Of a DNA stretch of 38,906 bases, positions 32,627 through 38,906 are shown in pieces (the first letter of the stretch is position 1; each line of letters opens with the position of its first letter). Source of the stretch: a virus (lineage: Duplodnaviria > Caudoviricetes); the IMG/VR virus record IMGVR_UViG_3300030708_001600, positions 1 to 38,906 of that record. One strand, given 5' to 3'. Under the pieces are notes generated by a model. That model saw only the letters and a program-made list of their open reading frames with translations, made no database searches and was not told the DNA's origin. The translations under genes and the position numbers were made by a program.

Positions 32627-35290
32627 ATGTCGAGTGAACTAGGTTTTTGGACAAAAGTAAAGAGAAGCATTGCTGGATCACAATCCAGTAATGCTCTCAA
32701 AGTAGACGCAATTTTTGCTACCGATGACTCTGGTAGCATGAATTCATACCTCGCATGGGAGGATGATCCAGCTGCAGTTGATGCTTTCAATAAGGCATTG
32801 TCTAATGCTGGTATCGGCGCACAAAACGTAGAAATTTTAGATAGTAATAATTCTAATAGAATTTCTAGAACATTTTTTAAAAATTATAAACAACAGGTTG
32901 TTTCTAACCTTCTTCTAGTTAGAACTAATTTTAATTTATCTGGTGCAAGTATTTCCCTTGGTGATTCTTTTACCATTAAAAGAGGTGGTACTGTAGTTGG
33001 TACTGCGGGTGATTATAAGATTTATGCTTGGGATAACAGAGAAGACTATTATGATAGTAATACAATCTATAATGAATTTGTTTTCCAAGGAGCTAATAAC
33101 CAAGGTGCTGGTATCCTGGATAACGTTCTTATAGGTGATACTATTGAAGATAGTAGTGGTAATGGTTTTGGTACTGTACAAGAAGTTATTCAGTTGAACA
33201 ATCCATATCTATATTATGTTGAAGGAGATTTACGTCTTAGATATTTTTGGGCAAAAAGACCTGGGCCTAATGGTACATATGTAAAGAACTCTGTTGATGG
33301 TGGTCAAACTGGTTCAAATTCTGAGGATGCCTTTGGTATTGTTCACAAAACAATTGGTGTAAACCTAAACTGTTCTGTGGACGGTAATGGGCAACAGGTC
33401 TGTGATGATTTCAAACCACAAGCATCATCTAAACTTGTGTTTGTTGCAAATACAAACGAACATGATACTGCAATGCCTTATAGTGTAGATAACACTAGAG
33501 ATTTACTGTTGCAGTACAATGGTGTATATGTCGGTAATATTGGTGGATATAATAGAGATTATGGTCCTGGTATTTTCCCACATATTAGAAACGCTGCTGA
33601 TTACAACGGTGGTACAAATGGTGTGAGTGCTGCTGATCCAAGAGGATTCCAACCAATTGATGATTATATTTCTGACGTTGTTCAAGAACCTCTAAGTCCT
33701 GTAGATGCTCTCGATGGTATTCCTATTGGTTGGTATCGTGGTGTTGAGTTTGAAATTAAAGATGTAGAAACTGCAACTTCGAGTGCTGCAGTTCAAGCAA
33801 GAACAAGACCAAAAGTAAGACTCGATATTCGAGTTGATCAAGCTTCAGGTGCTTCAAATAAATCAGTTACTGTTCTGAAGGTTGTCTTCCCAGGTTATGG
33901 TTATGTTGTTGGTGATACGATTACACCACCATCATCTAATACGACGACTTTTGGCGCACTGCATGATATTCTTATTTTGAAAGTTGCTAAAGTAAAAGAT
34001 ATTTACTACGGTAGTGCCTCTAAGAAAATTTTCTCTGGTGTATATACCAAAGATTTTAATAGAATGGTTTTCTTGAATCAGGAAGGTGGTGCTGCGGCAT
34101 TTACAGTTGTTTCTGGTGGTACTGGTTATAGTGCAACCACTAATACAGCAACAGCATTTGACATTGATGAAGCTTCTGGTTTCAATAATGCTGGTCCTGG
34201 TACTGGTGCAACAGTTGATCTCACTGTTGATGGAAGTGGTGCAGTTACCGCTGCTGCAGTCAATGCTGCAGGTACAAAGTATAATGATGGTGATAGACTT
34301 ATTGTTAATAATCCAACTGCTGGTCAAGTTCTGACTTTAGACGCATCGAGTTTGGTTGGTGGTACTGGATATGCTAATGCTACTTCAGTTGGTACTGGTA
34401 ACCTTAGTGATCTTGCTGATGGTCTTGGTGCTACGGTTGATATTACCACAAGTGGTGGTGTAATTCAGACGGTCACACTAAACGCTGGTGGTCTTAAATA
34501 TAAGGCTGGTGATGTTTTGGAGATTACTGGTGGTAATGGTGATGGTAGAATCACTGTTGCGACTGTTAAAGAAGATTGTGTTATTCAAGTCAATGGACTC
34601 TCCAATCCTGCAACTGCATTGAGAGAAAGAGCATATTTGGTTAAGGATATTAATCTGATCACTAGAAACAATGATCCACCACAAGGTTCTCAACCTCAAA
34701 CTGGTGGTGTTGAACAAATCGCAGCTAATCAATTTACAGTATCTACAACTGCTGGATCTAATGTATTAACTGTTACAGGAACTGGTACTGGTGCTTCTAT
34801 CGGTAATCTTTCTCCTGGTGATGAAGTTTGGAATGCTGAAAATACTACTGCAAATGGTACTAAACAAGGATCTGATCTGGTAACATTAAATCCAACAGTT
34901 CCTTGGGACGTTAAAGTAACCGCAACTGATGCAGGTGCTAATACTATCACTATGAATGCAGCTGCAAATGCTACTGCAACTGGTGTAACTGTTTATATCG
35001 GTACGAGAAGAGCATCTAGTGCTGGTTGGAGATGGGATCACACAACTCTTGCAGAAGAGACTGGTGGTGCTATTTTCTTCCAAGTTGGACCTTTTGCAAA
35101 TCCTCTTGGTAATGCTCCTGCTGGTGTTGCTTTTTGGGATAATAGTGGTGGAAACAGCACTTATGGATCTCATGCTTGGGAAACTGTTGCTATATTTGGT
35201 GACCTTGGTGCAAGTAATCCAGATTACAGAGTTCAGTTTGGTAGGTCGATCGGTACGACTGTAGGTGAATATCTATTCAAGACTGCTTGA
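32627..35290 (+). CDS. structural/fibre protein with interrupted vWA (MIDAS) domain
   Basis: DAIFATDDSGSM at the N-terminus, LAEETGGAIF at the C-terminus, GGTGY/G.GATVD/Y..GD repeats between. Confidence 0.8.
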   Translation: MSSELGFWTKVKRSIAGSQSSNALKVDAIFATDDSGSMNSYLAWEDDPAAVDAFNKALSNAGIGAQNVEILDSNNSNRISRTFFKNYKQQVVSNLLLVRTNFNLSGASISLGDSFTIKRGGTVVGTAGDYKIYAWDNREDYYDSNTIYNEFVFQGANNQGAGILDNVLIGDTIEDSSGNGFGTVQEVIQLNNPYLYYVEGDLRLRYFWAKRPGPNGTYVKNSVDGGQTGSNSEDAFGIVHKTIGVNLNCSVDGNGQQVCDDFKPQASSKLVFVANTNEHDTAMPYSVDNTRDLLLQYNGVYVGNIGGYNRDYGPGIFPHIRNAADYNGGTNGVSAADPRGFQPIDDYISDVVQEPLSPVDALDGIPIGWYRGVEFEIKDVETATSSAAVQARTRPKVRLDIRVDQASGASNKSVTVLKVVFPGYGYVVGDTITPPSSNTTTFGALHDILILKVAKVKDIYYGSASKKIFSGVYTKDFNRMVFLNQEGGAAAFTVVSGGTGYSATTNTATAFDIDEASGFNNAGPGTGATVDLTVDGSGAVTAAAVNAAGTKYNDGDRLIVNNPTAGQVLTLDASSLVGGTGYANATSVGTGNLSDLADGLGATVDITTSGGVIQTVTLNAGGLKYKAGDVLEITGGNGDGRITVATVKEDCVIQVNGLSNPATALRERAYLVKDINLITRNNDPPQGSQPQTGGVEQIAANQFTVSTTAGSNVLTVTGTGTGASIGNLSPGDEVWNAENTTANGTKQGSDLVTLNPTVPWDVKVTATDAGANTITMNAAANATATGVTVYIGTRRASSAGWRWDHTTLAEETGGAIFFQVGPFANPLGNAPAGVAFWDNSGGNSTYGSHAWETVAIFGDLGASNPDYRVQFGRSIGTTVGEYLFKTA

Positions 35291-35296
35291 TAAATA
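35289..35296 (+). promoter_or_regulatory. late-promoter-like site
   Basis: GATAAATA. Confidence 0.55.
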
Positions 35297-35319
35297 GATA
35301 AAAAGAGTATCTTCTGAAC

Positions 35320-35547
35320 ATGGCAACTACATTTAAGCCAAAAAGAAAATTTACGGCTGGTGCTCCCGCTCTCAACAATCTGGAAAGAGGGGAGCTTGCT
35401 GTAAATACTGCAGATCAAAAAATCTACATGAGAGATAATTCTGGTGGTAATACCCCAGCTAATGATCAAGTTGTAACTGTAGGTGGATTTGATGCTAACT
35501 CTGCCACGGTCGATGATGCAATCGTTATGGCAATTGCCCTAGGATAA
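35320..35547 (+). CDS. small fibre-associated structural protein
   Basis: KR......P....L..GELAVNT.D.KIY and AIVMAIALG end. Confidence 0.85.
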   Translation: MATTFKPKRKFTAGAPALNNLERGELAVNTADQKIYMRDNSGGNTPANDQVVTVGGFDANSATVDDAIVMAIALG

Positions 35548-35551
35548 GTAA

Positions 35552-35884
35552 ATGGCAAATACATTCAAAAGTTATACAAAAGCAAATATCGGTACTTCGA
35601 TTACTGATGCTTATACTGTACCTTCCGCAACAACTACGGTGTGTATTGGTATTAACGTGGCCAATACATCTGGTGATCAGATTTTTGTTGATCTTAAGAT
35701 TGACAAATCAGCTGGTGCTGCAGATGATATCTATTTGATTCGTAATATGCCTCTACCTAATGGTGCATCTTATGAATTTATTGCTGGTAGTAAACTAGTT
35801 TTAGAAACTGGTGATAAGATTCAGGTATTGTCAACATCTGCAACTAGTGTAGATTGTTTAGTATCAGTACTGGAGCAAACCTAA
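35552..35884 (+). CDS. small virion structural protein
   Basis: MANTFK...YTVP..TT...K.VLETGD.I.V...D..VS.LE family. Confidence 0.85.
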   Translation: MANTFKSYTKANIGTSITDAYTVPSATTTVCIGINVANTSGDQIFVDLKIDKSAGAADDIYLIRNMPLPNGASYEFIAGSKLVLETGDKIQVLSTSATSVDCLVSVLEQT

Positions 35885-35885
35885 T

Positions 35886-36518
35886 ATGGGATATCAAGGA
35901 CGCTACTTACAACCTAACCGTGCATACAACAACTCTGACGTTAGAGTTCTTGATACCTTTGACAGCACATTTAATGGTGTTCTAACAACATTCAATCTCA
36001 CTGAGAGTGGTTCTGTTTATAGAACATTAAATGCAGAATCACTTTTTGTAAAACTTGGTGGTATTATTCAAACACCAAGAGTTGATTATACTATTAGTAA
36101 TTCTGCTGGTCAGTCTCAGATTACTTTCACAACTGCACCAAATGCTGGTCTAGATTGTGAAATCAGAGTAATTCTGGGTGCTAAAGGTAGACCACAGATT
36201 AAAACTGATGATATTGATCTTGCATCAACATCCAACCCTCCAAGTCCCTCAGAGGGTCAGTTGTACTACAATACAACTGAAGATGAACTTAGAGTCTACA
36301 ACGGTACTGAGTGGGATACAGCTGGTGGAGGCGGTGCATCTAAAGTCTATTCCAAGACTGTATTCGGATATCAGAATGTAGTTAACTCAAATATTACTAT
36401 TGCATCTCCATATAACACTGGTGTAATCTACACTCATGAAGATGTGACTGTTGATATTGAAAATGGAATTCAAGTTGATGTAGATGATGGTTGTATTCTA
36501 TTAGTAATTGACATCTAA
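35886..36518 (+). CDS. tail-fibre-related structural protein
   Basis: FNG..T.F.L, GIIQ.P..DY, ITF..AP, G.LYYNTT...L.VY.G..W. Confidence 0.85.
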   Translation: MGYQGRYLQPNRAYNNSDVRVLDTFDSTFNGVLTTFNLTESGSVYRTLNAESLFVKLGGIIQTPRVDYTISNSAGQSQITFTTAPNAGLDCEIRVILGAKGRPQIKTDDIDLASTSNPPSPSEGQLYYNTTEDELRVYNGTEWDTAGGGGASKVYSKTVFGYQNVVNSNITIASPYNTGVIYTHEDVTVDIENGIQVDVDDGCILLVIDI

Positions 36519-36688
36519 TGACTTTACCAATCGATTTTATTGATAATGTTTTCAAGAACGTTCAGAAGCAAATTATTTCTTCTGATGTGAGCATTTCACT
36601 GCCAATTAAAGTTGGTATGGTTAGAAGTGTAGCTGATCTAACTGTTGATATCGAGAATGGTGTACAGGTTGATGTTGATGACGGTTGT
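36447..36688 (+). repeat. 48-nt direct repeat (36447-36494 and 36641-36688) encoding TVDIENG[I/V]QVDVDDGC
   Basis: 15 of 16 residues identical in adjacent genes, with synonymous differences. Confidence 0.9.
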
Positions 36689-36712
36689 GTCTTCATCATC
36701 AAAGATCTATAA
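36518..36712 (+). CDS. small protein paralogous to the C-terminus of the upstream gene
   Basis: TAATG coupling; shared motif. Confidence 0.8.
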   Translation: MTLPIDFIDNVFKNVQKQIISSDVSISLPIKVGMVRSVADLTVDIENGVQVDVDDGCVFIIKDL

Positions 36713-36715
36713 ATA
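36708..36715 (+). promoter_or_regulatory. T4-type late promoter
   Basis: TATAAATA. Confidence 0.75.
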
Positions 36716-36739
36716 AAAGAAAAACAATTGGCGTAAATT

Positions 36740-37522
36740 ATGTCCACACTCAGAGTAGACAATATTAAATCGAGGACTGGTACGACAGTTACGATTCCAG
36801 ATAGTCACACACTTGCAGTTAGTGGCAACCAAACTGTTACTGGTTCTCTGACTGTAAGTGGTGGTGGTACATTGACGACCACTGGTGCTGTCAGTACTGG
36901 TGCTCTTACCGCAGATAGTATTACCGTTACTAATGACTTGATTGTCAACGGTACTACCACAACGATCAACAGTGAAACACTTACTGTTGATGATAAGAAT
37001 ATTGAATTGGGTTCTGTTGCAACTCCAACAAATGCCACAGCGAATGGTGGTGGTATTACACTGAAGTCTGCTTCTGACCGTACTATTCTTTGGGACAGTA
37101 CTTCTTTGAACTGGGAAGCAACTCCTGGTATTACAGTAAAGCATGTTGCAGAACACATGCGTACATATGGTGTAAGTACATCAACTGTATCGTATGATTA
37201 TTCCTCAAATAAAGCCCAAGTGTTCTTCATGCAGGCACAAAGTGGTAACTGGACGTTTGCAATTTCAAATTTACCAAACACAGAGAATAGATCCTATACA
37301 TTTGTATTTGTGACCAACGGTACTAGTCCTGGTTATCCAAATGCAATGACTGTTGGAGGTACAGGTGTTACTATTAGATGGTCAGGCGGTTCTGCTCCAA
37401 CACCATCATCTGGTGGTGCTGAAGACGTTTTTACAATTACACTCATGAGACGTGGAACTGACAATGGTAATACTTCCGCTGGTTGGTTCGCATTTGGTTT
37501 TGCCTCATTAGGTCACGCTTGA
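36740..37522 (+). CDS. tail-fibre-like protein
   Basis: MSTLRVDNI..RTG start, L.VNGTTTTINS..L.VDDKNIELG, W.GG.APT....D. Confidence 0.85.
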   Translation: MSTLRVDNIKSRTGTTVTIPDSHTLAVSGNQTVTGSLTVSGGGTLTTTGAVSTGALTADSITVTNDLIVNGTTTTINSETLTVDDKNIELGSVATPTNATANGGGITLKSASDRTILWDSTSLNWEATPGITVKHVAEHMRTYGVSTSTVSYDYSSNKAQVFFMQAQSGNWTFAISNLPNTENRSYTFVFVTNGTSPGYPNAMTVGGTGVTIRWSGGSAPTPSSGGAEDVFTITLMRRGTDNGNTSAGWFAFGFASLGHA

Positions 37523-37534
37523 TAGGAGGTTATC

Positions 37535-38536
37535 ATGAGTCCTTTTTTGGGTGGTTTAACTACATTTTCGGGTAATGTTGCTGGTGGTGTTCCACAAGGT
37601 ACTGCTATTGGTGGTGACAGCAAAGCAACATCTGGTGGTTTCGTGAGACATACATTTACAACTGTAGGAGATCAAAACTTTACTGTAACTGGTACTATTA
37701 CAGACTTAGAAATTCTTATCGTCGGTGGTGGCGGTGGTGGTGGTGCCGATAACGCTGGTGGCGGTGGTGCTGGTGGTGTCTTGTATTATGGATCTGAGAC
37801 TGGAACTTCTACAGGAACTAATAAATCACCAAATGGTGCTGCATTAACACTTGACGCAGGTACTTATACCATTACTGTTGGTGCTAAAGGAACTGGTCAC
37901 ACTGGTAATTCTGATGGTTCTGGCGCCACTGCTTCATCTGGCGGAAACTCTAGATTTAGAAATACTTCTGGTGGAACAACTATTGATTACACTGCATTTG
38001 GTGGTGGTAGAGGTGTTTCATCTGATGGTAATGCTGGAACTGCTGGTGGTGTAAATTTTGGTGATACTGTTGGTTCCGCTGGTGGTAACTCAGGTAATGT
38101 TGAAAACAGTACTGGTGGTTCTAGTGGAAGTACAGGTACAGGTACTACTGGACAAGGTTTTGGTGGTGGACAAGGTTCTGGAACTGGTGGAGGCGGCGGC
38201 GGAGGCGGCGCTGGTGGTGCTGGTAGTAATGGTAGTGGAAACTATGGTGGTGCTGGTGGACCTGGAGTAAGCTATAGTATTTCTGGTACTGCCACTTTTT
38301 ATGCCGCTGGAGGCGGTGGTGGTAATGAAAACACTACTTACTTCAGTGCCGTTAATAACGCTGGTAGAGCCTCTGGTATTGGTGGTACAACTAACGCTAG
38401 TTCAGGTGGTCGAGGTAATATTGATGCATTAAACTATGGTTCTGGTGGTGGTGGTCATACTCACTCCACATCCTATTCAACCCCAGGTGGTAACGGTAGT
38501 CAGGGTATTGTCATCATCAAATATCCAGAATCTTAA
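37535..38536 (+). CDS. glycine-rich fibre/adhesin-like protein
   Basis: GGAGG RBS; HTFT, LIVGGGGGGG...GGGGAGG, YAAGGGGG, G.G..GIVII.Y. Confidence 0.85.
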   Translation: MSPFLGGLTTFSGNVAGGVPQGTAIGGDSKATSGGFVRHTFTTVGDQNFTVTGTITDLEILIVGGGGGGGADNAGGGGAGGVLYYGSETGTSTGTNKSPNGAALTLDAGTYTITVGAKGTGHTGNSDGSGATASSGGNSRFRNTSGGTTIDYTAFGGGRGVSSDGNAGTAGGVNFGDTVGSAGGNSGNVENSTGGSSGSTGTGTTGQGFGGGQGSGTGGGGGGGGAGGAGSNGSGNYGGAGGPGVSYSISGTATFYAAGGGGGNENTTYFSAVNNAGRASGIGGTTNASSGGRGNIDALNYGSGGGGHTHSTSYSTPGGNGSQGIVIIKYPES

Positions 38537-38540
38537 CCCC

Positions 38541-38574
38541 TTGACAAGGCGGGAAAACCGTAGTAATATAAATA
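38541..38574 (+). promoter_or_regulatory. overlapping early (TTGACA-N17-TAATAT) and late (TATAAATA) psbA promoters
   Basis: Motifs at 38541-38546, 38564-38569 and 38567-38574. Confidence 0.8.
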
Positions 38575-38648
38575 AATCAACAGGTTACGGAACGTAACGA
38601 ACTGTCACAGGTTCCTAACGTTCCGTTTTTGTTGCAAAACACCCCGTA

Positions 38649-38745
38649 AACCAAGACCTCTAGGGTGTATAAATCACGTCTTTCATACCTCTGCTAAGGG
38701 TGCAGAGGAATAGTAACTCCACCATTTCCCTGATGGTCTTACTTA
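38649..38745 (+). ncRNA. PhotoRC-II-like cis-regulatory RNA in the psbA leader
   Basis: Stems AAGAC/GTCTT, CCTCTGC/GCAGAGG and ACCAT/ATGGT with complementary loops AGGG/CCCT, directly upstream of phage psbA; boundaries approximate. Confidence 0.75.
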
Positions 38746-38760
38746 TTTTTGTGTAAAACA

Positions 38761-38906
38761 ATGGCTACTACTCTTTCAAGACAACAAGGTCAATCCTCGT
38801 GGGAGAATTTCTGCGAATGGGTTACCTCCACCAATAACCGCCTCTATGTCGGTTGGTTCGGCGTCCTGATGATCCCAACTCTGTTGGCAGCAACTATCTG
38901 CTTCAT
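38761..38906 (+). CDS. psbA: photosystem II D1 protein (5' part, runs off the window)
   Basis: [48 protein letters not shown]. Confidence 0.98.
   Translation, partial: MATTLSRQQGQSSWENFCEWVTSTNNRLYVGWFGVLMIPTLLAATICF

Noticed and set aside
27475-35264. Many alternative-frame Leu/Val-rich and antisense ORFs within the two large structural genes
   Set aside because: Expected shadows of NNT-biased codon usage; no independent signals.
37720-38460. GGTGGT/GGCGGC runs as DNA repeats, G-quadruplex or DGR target
   Set aside because: Explained by poly-Gly coding; no template/variable repeat pair differing at adenines and no reverse transcriptase in the window.

Overview
AT-rich segment of a T4-like cyanophage (cyanomyovirus), most likely Synechococcus-infecting. 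(i) 1-5.7 kb is an accessory island: five tRNAs (Arg, Asn, Pro, Thr, Leu) interleaved with two structured non-coding elements, a Phd/YefM-like gene, cpeT, two hli genes, petF, a small outer-membrane beta-barrel, a glutaredoxin and many short ORFs. (ii) 5.8-13.6 kb is a replication/nucleotide block: RNase H, thyX, 2OG-Fe(II) oxygenase, glycosylase-like gene, speD, phoH, exonuclease, gp33, gp59, gp32. (iii) 13.7-26.4 kb is the baseplate/tail module: gp53, gp48, gp4, gp2, gp54/19-like, gp26, gp51, two paralogous hub/tape-measure-like proteins, gp27-like, cp12, gp5. (iv) A sixth tRNA (Leu) and a run of late fibre/structural genes follow. (v) The window ends with the psbA promoter, a PhotoRC-II-like leader and the 5' end of psbA. 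Most notable observations: a probable programmed -1 frameshift fusing gp26 to a start-less gp51 just upstream of the tape-measure-like genes; an unrecognised ~120-nt structured RNA between two tRNAs; a perfect antisense sigma70 promoter aimed into gp5; a small late-promoter RNA after gene 32; and HLR1/RpaB-like boxes at the hli and psbA promoters. All calls come from reading the sequence and recognising motifs; no searches or folding programs were run.
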